Source of the DNA: an uncultured Chthoniobacter sp.
GTDB lineage: Bacteria; Verrucomicrobiota; Verrucomicrobiia; Chthoniobacterales; JACTMZ01
Direction of reading: 5' to 3'
NCBI GenBank assembly: GCA_964545425.1
Contig: CAZJGQ010000002.1
Location: 1 to 50,198, forward strand
DNA length: 50,198 bases
Shown: positions 16,926-25,662 of the stretch, piece after piece
How positions within the stretch are numbered: position 1 is the stretch's first letter
How the letters are laid out: each line of letters begins with the position of its first letter
Translations under genes and position numbers: made by a program
Notes under the pieces: model-generated
The model's input: the letters and a program-made list of their open reading frames with translations, nothing else
What the model was told of the DNA's origin: nothing
The model's database searches: none

Positions 16926-19010
16926 TCAAATGGGCCACTCGGAACAATGCTCGGCACCGAGATCCGCGGCGCCGCACTCAATTAAAAACTGGTAAGTGGT
17001 GTCGTAAAATTCGGGAGCTCTGGTCTCATCCTCTCCACTTCGGCTGCCCCTCGGCACAAATATTACCAAGCCTTTGCGCGCTCTCGTAAGTATCACTCGA
17101 TAGCCGTTTTTAGCCACCTTGCACAGCTTGTCATTCGCCCATTTGGACCCGCTGATTTTGTAAGCTTTCCATTCACCGTTTTCGTAACGCAGATCTGCAT
17201 CCCAGCAGACTATGCAGAAGTCCAGCTCCAGGCCCTGCACCTGGTATTGGTTCTGCACAACCTCCAGAGCGTTGGATGATCTGATGTCGCTTGTCGGTGC
17301 TAACATCCAGGTTGCGATGTCCGGCTTGAAATCAACAAAGAGCCCCTCAGCGGCCAAGCGTTTCGCCTGACCCGATGCAATTATACCCGAGCGCAGACCT
17401 CCAACGCAGTTGTTTCGCGCCCACTCCTTGGCAGTCGATAGCGATCTTGTTATCCATACGGTATGACCCTTCTGCCGCATTTCCGCAGCGATGTCTTTGG
17501 CGTCTTTCGATCTGCAAGAAAGAACGGCATCTACCCACTCTTCGAGTCGCTCATTCCTGTAGTAGCGCATAGAACTCGATAAGTGACCCGTTCGCATAAG
17601 GCTCCGCGTGGGGTGCTTTTCCCACTTTGAGCGATCAGTTATCTCAGCCAGAGCGAGGGTTTCGTCACTGATTGAAAAGGACCATCCCTTGCGCTCGATC
17701 GCCTCAAGCCACGCCCGGATCCCCATCTCACCGCGGTTGATGGCTTGATTGTGCCCGACTAAAGCCACGATCACCGATCCGCCTGAGGGGAATGAGCGGC
17801 GCTGTGCTTCCAATATCAGGTCTGCTTCGTGGTCGCTGAGTTGCTCGCGAAGGACTACCCGCCCTTTCTCGTATGTGCGTTGAGCTTCGTCAAAGACGAG
17901 CACGCGCCCGTCAGTTTGTTCGTGCTGAGTGCCACGCTGGCCAAGGAAGCGATGCGCCTTGACCAGTTTATAAGTCGAGGCACCAACCACCAGTGCAGCG
18001 TCTTTTCGGCGGTAGCCTGTTGGAGCCCATTTGCTCTGAGAGGCACTTTGTGAACGAAATGATCCGTGCAGAGCCTTCGTCAAAACATCAACCAACGGTG
18101 TATTTCCAGTGACGAACACCGCATTTGAAGCGTGTTCGCCACGCATCACAAGATCCAGTCCAACAAGCGTTTTGCCGGCGCCTGGCGCACCGGACAGAAA
18201 TACAACACGGTATTCACCTTTCTTTAGAGACCCATCAATAATTCTCCGTATCTCATTGGTCGCGCTTTGAATCTGCTCCTTCGGGGCAGCATGCTCTTGG
18301 ATTGCGGAGACATCATGATTTCCGTAGAGCGATAGAGTTGCATCCAGAATCGAAGACGATGGCCTAAAAGGGGAAGCCATCCATCGATCAAAACTGATGA
18401 CTTTGCTGGAGCGGCGTTTTTCGCGCGCCAATTTCAAAGCTTCAGCCAAACTGTGGCCGTCGCACTCTAGAGGGGCATTTACCAGGGCATTCCAGCTTCT
18501 GTCGCCGTGCCCGGGCCATTCCAAGCGTCTGCGATGCTTGCCCTCCGTCTGAACAAGAACGGGAACAACAAGAACTCCTGCGTCACCATCGCAAATGCGC
18601 TGCGTCTCCTCGTGAAACTCCAGAAGGTTGACAGCGTAGGTCATCACCTGATCACGGTCTGCCCCCTGTGGTTTGTTTCGTTTGAATTCCGTGACGAAGA
18701 TTAATCCATCTCCTAGCAGAAGGCAGTCCATCCGTAGGCCGCGCCGACGAAAGTCGTATTCTAAAATAACATGCGTGATGCCTTTGCCGGCCTCGGTTGC
18801 GAGTGCCTCCCGGAGGATCGGTATGCGGTTGCCCAGTGCGTTCTGCAAAAGGCCAATACTTTTTTTCCATTCCTCACTTTGTGCGGCCTCAATTTCGAGG
18901 CTCTCGGATGCCGCTCTTCCAGCAAGCTGGTTTGTGATCGCCTCATCCGACAGAGCGAGGAAGGCTTCTCGGGTATCCGCAAACCAAGCTGGGGACTTTC
19001 CTCTCGGCAT
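16926..19010 (-). CDS. DUF2075/Schlafen-like P-loop ATPase-helicase with an N-terminal PD-(D/E)xK-like module
   Basis: VILEYDF..RMDCLLLGDGLIFVTEFK is nuclease-like. Walker A is LSGAPGAGKT, Walker B is VLVFDEAQR, and the C-terminus is YRVILTRARKGLVIFVP. Confidence 0.8.
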   Translation of the reverse strand: MPRGKSPAWFADTREAFLALSDEAITNQLAGRAASESLEIEAAQSEEWKKSIGLLQNALGNRIPILREALATEAGKGITHVILEYDFRRRGLRMDCLLLGDGLIFVTEFKRNKPQGADRDQVMTYAVNLLEFHEETQRICDGDAGVLVVPVLVQTEGKHRRRLEWPGHGDRSWNALVNAPLECDGHSLAEALKLAREKRRSSKVISFDRWMASPFRPSSSILDATLSLYGNHDVSAIQEHAAPKEQIQSATNEIRRIIDGSLKKGEYRVVFLSGAPGAGKTLVGLDLVMRGEHASNAVFVTGNTPLVDVLTKALHGSFRSQSASQSKWAPTGYRRKDAALVVGASTYKLVKAHRFLGQRGTQHEQTDGRVLVFDEAQRTYEKGRVVLREQLSDHEADLILEAQRRSFPSGGSVIVALVGHNQAINRGEMGIRAWLEAIERKGWSFSISDETLALAEITDRSKWEKHPTRSLMRTGHLSSSMRYYRNERLEEWVDAVLSCRSKDAKDIAAEMRQKGHTVWITRSLSTAKEWARNNCVGGLRSGIIASGQAKRLAAEGLFVDFKPDIATWMLAPTSDIRSSNALEVVQNQYQVQGLELDFCIVCWDADLRYENGEWKAYKISGSKWANDKLCKVAKNGYRVILTRARKGLVIFVPRGSRSGEDETRAPEFYDTTYQFLIECGAADLGAEHCSEWPI

Positions 19011-19058
19011 ACGCTCCGTTTACACATTTTGGAATCAAGACTCAACACAGTCGGACCC

Positions 19059-19469
19059 ATGACAGATATCTGGACCAAAAAGAAGCGCTCCGAAGGCATG
19101 TCCCTCATCCGGGGCAAGGGCAACAAGGAGACGGAGAATGCGCTACTCGCGCTGCTGAGGCAAAACAAGATCATCGGCTGGAGAAGGCATCTTCCTTTGC
19201 CCGGAAAGCCCGACTTTGCCTTTCCCAGTCACAAAGTCGCCGTCTTCGTCGACGGTTGCTTCTGGCACGGCTGCCCCAAGTGCTACACCCGCCCGAAAAC
19301 CAACCGGAAGTTCTGGGACAAAAAGCGCGCTGACAACATGGCTCGCGATCTCCGCGTCACCCGCAAACTCCGCCGCCAAGGCTGGAAAGTCATCCGCATC
19401 TGGCAACACTCCCTCCAAAAATCGCCCTCCACCTGCCTCAATCGAATCCGCCACACGCTACAGGTCTAG
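19059..19469 (+). CDS. vsr: Very-short-patch repair endonuclease
   Basis: The internal ATG at 19059 gives 136 aa: KPDFAFPSHKVAVFVDGCFWHGCPKCY..NRKFWDKK..RD..L..GWKVIRIWQH. Confidence 0.9.
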   Translation: MTDIWTKKKRSEGMSLIRGKGNKETENALLALLRQNKIIGWRRHLPLPGKPDFAFPSHKVAVFVDGCFWHGCPKCYTRPKTNRKFWDKKRADNMARDLRVTRKLRRQGWKVIRIWQHSLQKSPSTCLNRIRHTLQV

Positions 19470-19667
19470 CCACGAGTGTGCGCTCGCCTAAAGAACTGCC
19501 GCGTTGCGGATAGATAATTTGAACATTCATACTAAAGCAACCGTCTCACCCTTTGTGCTTGTGCGCAACGCCATAAAAGTGTATGAGTTACATAACCTAC
19601 GAGCGGGATATTCACGCTTTGTTAGGATTAAATTCAACACCAACAACTTACAGAAAGGACGCCTTAC

Positions 19668-19958
19668 ATGGCTGGACAACTGAAACCCGGAACAATTCGT
19701 GTCTCCTACGTGGAGTCCAAACAAACCGACACTGCTCTCGATATTCTCGCCACGATAAAAAAGACGAGCAAATCGGCATTGGTCAGAGAAGCCACTGCTA
19801 GCTATCTGGCTCGGGAAGACAAAGACCACCGGATACGCAAGCTCTCGAGCCGGCTTGCCACCTCTTTGCCCGATGGTGTCAACAATCGAGCCAAAGCCGA
19901 TCTGGACCCCGAACTGCAGCGGGAAGTAGTGAAGCTCCTCAGCAGAATGAGGAAGTAG
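19668..19958 (+). CDS. Ribbon-helix-helix (CopG-like) protein
   Basis: 96 aa. TIRVSYVESKQTDTALDILATIKKTSKSALVREATASYLA has a beta-alpha-alpha layout. First gene of a four-gene cluster. Confidence 0.65.
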   Translation: MAGQLKPGTIRVSYVESKQTDTALDILATIKKTSKSALVREATASYLAREDKDHRIRKLSSRLATSLPDGVNNRAKADLDPELQREVVKLLSRMRK

Positions 19959-19963
19959 TCGCC

Positions 19964-21367
19964 ATGCCTAGCCTGATACCCGATCCCAACACCCGGCCAT
20001 TTCCCCGCGCAGTATTTCTAGACAGTTTGGCCATCTCGACCAAAGGCGGTCGGGTCCACAAACTCGAGCGGGATGTGCTTTTTCCGCGCTTGCGGAAATT
20101 GGATCGAGCCAATGCCCGGCACACCATGGGGGCGATCGACGCCATCATGGACAACCTCGGCATGCTCTTCGCCGAGCAATTCGCGTCGGGCGAATACGAA
20201 GACTACCTGCTGAAAGTCAGCGATATCCGGGCGCTCTATCAGCGAGCCACGCAAGTAGTGATCGACGAGTTCCCATGGACTGGTGACTACCTGCTCAAGG
20301 GTGCTCGCATGGCCAGATCGGGAGAGCCGCGCCCCTTTCTTCGCTTGCTCGGAAGCACGGAGCTTAACCAGGCAGCTCTAGCTCACAAACTTTGGGGTCC
20401 GGGATTTTCCGAAGAAGATTCCGTTGGCCCCGGTAGTTGGCGACTCGATCCATATTCGAACTTGGTTTGGGACGGTATCTGGCCGCGCGGTTACTCGGCA
20501 CCCGACGAACCCGGCAGCAGAGTAATTCCCTCGCTGCCGACCGGACTAAATCCTCCCGATGGCTTCGCGCCCACCGTGCCGGAACTTCGCTTGCTTTCGC
20601 CGGATCAAGCGACTCCCGATCTGCCGCTGCGTGTCGGGATAACGGAGGAAGATTTGGACATCTACGCCGGCAGTGCGATCGACCAGGGAGCATACGGCAC
20701 CTGCTTGGCCTGCGCCACGGCGATGGGGCTCAATGTCGCCTGCCAACGGGTGGGAAAACTGGAAGACGTGGAAGGCGGATTCAGTGCGGCTTGGATTCAC
20801 TGCGACAGCGCGATGCCGGGCCAGGATTGGTCGAGTGGAAGAGATCTTCCTCGAGCCTGCGAAAGCGTGCGCCGTGGACTTCCTTGCTCTGCTCGGGCTT
20901 TTCCCTACCACCCGGTGGCTGCCGATGAGGAGTGGAAGACTGCGGCGCGAATCGATGATGCCGCACGCATCGAGCGTTCGGTTGGCCGGCCGATGATCGT
21001 GGACATCGATTGCCACGACATCGCCCACATGAAGACGCTGCTCGCTTCGGGTTGGGTCATCGTTACCGGTGCTGCCTTCCAGCAGAAGTGGCAGCACAGC
21101 GACATCTTTCGCAACTTCGGCACACCGCTCGCTCCGCTCCCCGGTGAGAAGCGTGATGGCGGCCACGCATGGTTGCTGGTCGGCTACGATCATGTCGATG
21201 GCAACAACCAATGGAAATACCAAGGGCGCTTCTACTGCCTTAATTCCTGGGGCCCGTCCTATCCGCGTGAACAAACTCACGGCCCCGCCATCTTCACCCT
21301 GCCATTCTCCTTCTTCCTGACCGAAGGCTACCGCCAAGGCGGCTTCGCCATACGTTTCCCCATGTAG
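19964..21367 (+). CDS. Papain-like (C1 family) cysteine peptidase with an unknown ~220-aa N-terminal region
   Basis: IDQGAYGTCLACA has the Gln-to-Cys spacing of papain. GGHAWLLVGYD supplies the His and CLNSWGPSY the Asn-Ser-Trp-Gly motif. Confidence 0.8.
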   Translation: MPSLIPDPNTRPFPRAVFLDSLAISTKGGRVHKLERDVLFPRLRKLDRANARHTMGAIDAIMDNLGMLFAEQFASGEYEDYLLKVSDIRALYQRATQVVIDEFPWTGDYLLKGARMARSGEPRPFLRLLGSTELNQAALAHKLWGPGFSEEDSVGPGSWRLDPYSNLVWDGIWPRGYSAPDEPGSRVIPSLPTGLNPPDGFAPTVPELRLLSPDQATPDLPLRVGITEEDLDIYAGSAIDQGAYGTCLACATAMGLNVACQRVGKLEDVEGGFSAAWIHCDSAMPGQDWSSGRDLPRACESVRRGLPCSARAFPYHPVAADEEWKTAARIDDAARIERSVGRPMIVDIDCHDIAHMKTLLASGWVIVTGAAFQQKWQHSDIFRNFGTPLAPLPGEKRDGGHAWLLVGYDHVDGNNQWKYQGRFYCLNSWGPSYPREQTHGPAIFTLPFSFFLTEGYRQGGFAIRFPM

Positions 21368-21401
21368 AACCGACTCTTTCGCAGAATCCGCATCACGTCC
21401 C

Positions 21402-22805
21402 ATGGCAACGAATGCAGACTTCGAGGAATTCGACCTCACGCAGCGCATACAGCGCCTGCGCGAAGAAGAAGTGCGCTTGAAACAGAGCGTCAGCTCCAAG
21501 GAGCAATACCACAAAAAGCTGAAAGACGAGTGTGACGAAAGCTCGGGGATTCGCGAGAAGATACGTGCCAACATCAAAGAGTTGGAGCGGCACGAGAAAG
21601 TGCTCAACGAGCGCATCGCTTCCACAAACGAGGCAATTCAGGAGATTTCCCGGGGATTGCCGGACGAACGGCTTAAGGAGATCGAGCGGCGCGAAGCTGA
21701 AATGGCTGACCGCGAGAAAATGCTGGAGATCGATCTCGCCGCCATGGCCGAACTGCAAAAAAGCAGCGAAGCTGTGCGGCAGTTGGAGGAACAGTTGCAA
21801 ACCGCCGAGCGAACCATCCGCTCCCTTCAAGCGGAGTTGCGTAAAGCGGCGGCTGTGCAGGTGGTAATGGAAGAAAGAACCCAGTCACTCAGCCGTTCCC
21901 GGCAACGAATGAGCAACAAGTTGAAAGAAGCCGAACAACTTCTGGCCGATACGACCAAGGAATTAGCATCGAGCAAACGGGAGGCCGGTCGACAGAGAAA
22001 GGCTGTTGCAGCCGAAACAGGAAAACTGTTTGCCCATTGTCCAAACGTCCAAGCCTGGATCTCATCGTTGACGGAAAACGAGCCTAGCCTGAATTGGAAC
22101 GAAGAGGTCGTCACTTTGGGAACGGACCCGCTCGATACTAAATTTTTCGATGCAGCGCTAGAGGAGCATGGATACGAACTATATAAAGTGGGCTCCGAAG
22201 AAGCGGGTGTAATGATTGTCGGAAGAGGCGGATGGAAGCTGAGCCAGCTTGAGCGCCAGATAAGAGCGCGCACTGGCTTGGACATTCGGATCTATTCGCA
22301 GGAGATGGCACTCCTCGCTTTAGCACTGAAGAGAGATCCTTTTGACGCTCCGGAAGAGGCTCTTGAGGAAATGGGACGAAGTCATCCGGCGCTTACTGCG
22401 TTGATGGAAGATGTATTCGAATGGCCTGCGCTTCATCGACACAGATCAGCCGAAAATGCAGTGATTGAAATCTCCAAGTGGAATTCCTTATCGCCACTGA
22501 CGGCGATGGGCTATCACACGGGGCGAGATTTCAAGAATGCGAGAGCGCGGCGGGATTGCTTGTCGGACATCATCGAGGGGAGGCTCGTGTTCCCGGAAGG
22601 GTTTAGTACGAAGCGGCAAAACGAGTGGGGTCTTCCGGGAAGTCGCCAACGCATCAGGCAGGTAGCAACGCAGTTGGTGCAGAACATCAATCTCCCGGGG
22701 CGGAGTCCATTCCTAGGACTTGCTGCCGAGCACTGGGAGTCCGATTACGAATGGCTAAAGAAGCACTATCCAAAAGGCGGTTCGGGCGGCTGGCCGACTT
22801 TTTGA
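21402..22805 (+). CDS. Coiled-coil protein with a possible BRCT-like module and an unknown C-terminal domain
   Basis: The first ~200 aa are heptad-like and E/K/R/L/Q-rich. VVTLGTDPLDTKFFDAALEEHGYELYKVGSEEAGVMIVGRGGWKLSQLERQI is BRCT-like. Confidence 0.65.
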   Translation: MATNADFEEFDLTQRIQRLREEEVRLKQSVSSKEQYHKKLKDECDESSGIREKIRANIKELERHEKVLNERIASTNEAIQEISRGLPDERLKEIERREAEMADREKMLEIDLAAMAELQKSSEAVRQLEEQLQTAERTIRSLQAELRKAAAVQVVMEERTQSLSRSRQRMSNKLKEAEQLLADTTKELASSKREAGRQRKAVAAETGKLFAHCPNVQAWISSLTENEPSLNWNEEVVTLGTDPLDTKFFDAALEEHGYELYKVGSEEAGVMIVGRGGWKLSQLERQIRARTGLDIRIYSQEMALLALALKRDPFDAPEEALEEMGRSHPALTALMEDVFEWPALHRHRSAENAVIEISKWNSLSPLTAMGYHTGRDFKNARARRDCLSDIIEGRLVFPEGFSTKRQNEWGLPGSRQRIRQVATQLVQNINLPGRSPFLGLAAEHWESDYEWLKKHYPKGGSGGWPTF

Positions 22806-22811
22806 CAGGCT

Positions 22812-23267
22812 ATGCCTCAACGGACAAAAGACTGTGAGATGTGCGGGAATCCTATTCCCATCGCTGCAGCAAAGTGTCGCTTTTGCGAGGCGTTGCAGAG
22901 CGGAGCAAACGCCGCACCGATGGCAGCAGCGGTCCGGACCATAGATCTCGAAGCAGGCATGCCGACGGTGGAGGAAGCGATGCGTCGGCTGGACTCCAAA
23001 CTGTCGTTGGCTATCGCCCAAAATGTTCGCGTAGTGCGCGTGATCCATGGTTACGGCTCGTCCGGCCGTGGTGGCAAAATCCGCGACGCTTGCCGCCGAG
23101 CCCTAGCGAGCATGGTCGGCAACAATCAAGTGCAGGCAATGATTCGCGGCGAAGACCACGCGGCCGCGAGCCTTGCCTCCCAAGAACTCATCCGTCGCAT
23201 TCCCGATCTCAAATCTTCGACCCGCACGGACGCCGATAATCCTGGCATCACGCTCGTCGAACTGTGA
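22812..23267 (+). CDS. Zn-ribbon plus Smr (MutS2 C-terminal-like nuclease) domain protein
   Basis: CEMCGNPIPIAAAKCRFC, then IDLEAGMPTVEEAM..VRVIHGYGSSGRGGKIRDACRRAL. Confidence 0.8.
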   Translation: MPQRTKDCEMCGNPIPIAAAKCRFCEALQSGANAAPMAAAVRTIDLEAGMPTVEEAMRRLDSKLSLAIAQNVRVVRVIHGYGSSGRGGKIRDACRRALASMVGNNQVQAMIRGEDHAAASLASQELIRRIPDLKSSTRTDADNPGITLVEL

Positions 23268-23674
23268 GGCTGGCAAGGAAGCAGCGTTCGGTTTCCGGTC
23301 TGTGCTGCTCTTGCGACTGAGTTTGATCAACGAAATGACTCTAAAACCCTCTCGGGTTTTGGCGATTGCCGGAGTAGCCCCGCTTACCACAAATCTCCCT
23401 CCAAGTATCTGGATCGACTTGGGCGAAATTTCGACCCCTGACCTGACATATGCGTTTCCAACAACAGGTATTCGCCAAGCAATCGTGGGGTAACCGCTGG
23501 TGGCGAATATCGTCTAAAATCGTCTCATCATCATTTTCCCAGTAGCAGGTCAGCATGGCGGGATTTTAAGGGACTCACGCAACTAAGGCAAAAACGACTA
23601 TGCTAGCGACTTTACATTTTTGTGCGTCATAAATCCAAGACCTGCTTGGCCCCGTTACAGACAGATGCTGGAAT

Positions 23675-24175
23675 ATGGTTATGCCCATATTCACACAGGG
23701 TGAAATCATCGTCCGGGACGACCTGAAATACCCCGAGGGGGCGGTCATTGTGGACGGCATCGATGCTCGGGGACACCTCCTCGTCCATCCAATCGGCGGC
23801 GGATTGCAGTTTGCCGTGCCGCCTCGTGAGGTTACTCGCTTCCAGAGCGTGGAGCCTGCCGAGCAGATCCCGGTCTTCAGCGCCGGCACCTTTTACTTGG
23901 AGGGTATCGACGAGGAATTCGATGGATGGTCGGATGGGTCGTCTTGGAACGGCTGGGAGAAGCCCTGCTTCACCCGAGAGGTTGCCGAGCAGATTCTTGC
24001 CGCGTCGGGATACCGCTGGAGCTACGACGCATCGGCAGACGAGTTCACTGTTGTCACCTCCGAGGAGGACGAGCCCGAGCGGTTCATGGGCAAAGCCGTC
24101 CAGCTCGGCGACGGCGGCGCGGTGACCGCCTACTTCATCGGTGCTGGATCTTGGATCTGGGATAAAACCGCGTGA
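23675..24175 (+). CDS. hypothetical protein
   Basis: 166 aa, ends 22 nt before the HNH gene. No motif recognised. Confidence 0.5.
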   Translation: MVMPIFTQGEIIVRDDLKYPEGAVIVDGIDARGHLLVHPIGGGLQFAVPPREVTRFQSVEPAEQIPVFSAGTFYLEGIDEEFDGWSDGSSWNGWEKPCFTREVAEQILAASGYRWSYDASADEFTVVTSEEDEPERFMGKAVQLGDGGAVTAYFIGAGSWIWDKTA

Positions 24176-24197
24176 AAGTTCGCAAGCACGGGGCTCT

Positions 24198-25121
24198 ATG
24201 AGCAGCACATCGAGTTGCAGTGATTGGCTGCGAAAGCTGGGCAAACTCAACCCGGCAATCAGTCGGCACAAACTGAACGGTAAGGCGCGCTATGCGCCGC
24301 ACAAGCCATTGCTTCTTCTTTGCATTCTCGATCTGGCCGAGAGCGGAGAACTCAAAAGCGCCGACTTGGGTAAGACGCCGGAGCTATGTCTGCGTTTCGA
24401 TTCCTACTGGGCTCTCGTGCAGGAACGCTGGGGCGGACGCCCCGGACTCGGACAACCTTTCCACTACCTGAGCAACCAAGGCTTTTGGCAGGCATTTGGC
24501 GATGACGGCCGGCCGAGCCGGTCGCATCACACGACGGACCGCATCAAGCTCGATCCCGATTTCTTCGCCTGTCTGCAGGACAAAGACTTCCGCAAAGCGG
24601 CGCGTTGGCAACTGATCCGCACGTGGTTTCCCGAGCCCGAACAAAAAGCGCTGCTCTCCGCGCTCGGCATCAGCAAAGCCGAAGCGCGCAAACAGGAATT
24701 CAAGATCCGCGAGGAATCACCCGAATACGAAGCCAAAGGACGCGATGCCCGCTTCCGCGTCACCGTGGTGACACAATACCGCTTCACCTGCGCGCTGACC
24801 GGTTACGGAGTCCACACCCGCAGCGGCAGCTCGATCGTCGAAGCGGCGCACATCCATCAATTCTCCAAAAGCCGCAACGACAGCCCCGACAACGGTCTCG
24901 CTCTCACGCGCGACGCGCACTGGATGTTCGACGAAGGACTCTGGACCGTCGACACGCGCAACCGCATCCTCGTCGCGCGAGAAGTTTTCACCGAATGGGG
25001 CCCCGGCGCCCGCTGGCTGAAAAGCCGCCACGGCAAAGAACTCCACTTCCTCGACGGCGTCGCTCTCCGCCCCGCCACTCAACACCTCGCCTGGCACCGC
25101 ACCAGCGTTTTCGCTGGCTGA
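24198..25121 (+). CDS. HNH (HNH_2-type) endonuclease with an N-terminal DNA-reader-like domain
   Basis: C-terminus CALTGYGVHTRSGSSIVEAAHIHQFSKSRNDSPDNGLALTRDAHWMFDEGLW. The N-terminus contains YAPHKPLLLLCILDL. Start placed at the internal ATG 24198. Confidence 0.8.
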   Translation: MSSTSSCSDWLRKLGKLNPAISRHKLNGKARYAPHKPLLLLCILDLAESGELKSADLGKTPELCLRFDSYWALVQERWGGRPGLGQPFHYLSNQGFWQAFGDDGRPSRSHHTTDRIKLDPDFFACLQDKDFRKAARWQLIRTWFPEPEQKALLSALGISKAEARKQEFKIREESPEYEAKGRDARFRVTVVTQYRFTCALTGYGVHTRSGSSIVEAAHIHQFSKSRNDSPDNGLALTRDAHWMFDEGLWTVDTRNRILVAREVFTEWGPGARWLKSRHGKELHFLDGVALRPATQHLAWHRTSVFAG

Positions 25122-25243
25122 GGAATGCCACCGCAATCCCGATTGAAGCTTCCTGTCTTCTAATTTTTAGAAGACATCAAGTTTCCTGCCAGAGATCGCA
25201 CGCTCTACAGGATCCTCGAACCAACACCACGCCCCCCTGATAT

Positions 25244-25395
25244 ATGGACAAATGGCAATAAGTCCATACGTCACCGAGTCTGCATCCCGCCCGTCCACAG
25301 TTGGACAATTGGCAAATAATCCAACCGCTGCCGCGCACATAACTCCGCTCCTTGAATCATCCCGCTGACACATGGACATTTGGCAAAATGTCCAT
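25244..25395. promoter_or_regulatory. Three 24-bp palindromic repeats (WTGGACAWWTGGCAAWWWRTCCAW)
   Basis: ATGGACAAATGGCAATAAGTCCAT (25244-25267), TTGGACAATTGGCAAATAATCCAA (25301-25324), ATGGACATTTGGCAAAATGTCCAT (25372-25395). They lie upstream of the antitoxin ORF at 25465. Confidence 0.6.
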
Positions 25396-25464
25396 GTGTG
25401 GCACCCGTGCCCACCGCCTGAATCCGCGTTTGCCGCAGCAGTCCGTGTGGGTTATGGTCCGCCA

Positions 25465-25662
25465 ATGAGCTCAATCCAAGAAATCGAGGCGGCCGCAGAA
25501 CTGTTGCCGGCCGATAAGAAGGAGGAACTGCTGCGGTTCCTTGCCGTGCGATTGCGAAAAGACCGCGCGCAACCGCAACCTCGCATTTATTCCACGGAGG
25601 AGGTTGCCGCCATGGTGGCTGAGGACGAAGCGGACGGCGAACGGTTCCGGCAGGGACGTTGA
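25465..25662 (+). CDS. Small addiction-module antitoxin-like protein
   Basis: 65 aa. MSSIQEIEAAAELLPADKKEELLRFLAVRL.. resembles the putative addiction module component family. TTGA overlap with the following PIN frame. Confidence 0.6.
   Translation: MSSIQEIEAAAELLPADKKEELLRFLAVRLRKDRAQPQPRIYSTEEVAAMVAEDEADGERFRQGR

Noticed and set aside
23341-23556. 71-aa minus-strand ORF, and a possible ncRNA, in the 400-bp low-GC spacer 23268-23674
   Set aside because: It has no motif, RBS or convincing secondary structure by eye. It stays unannotated, although the spacer is unusually long.
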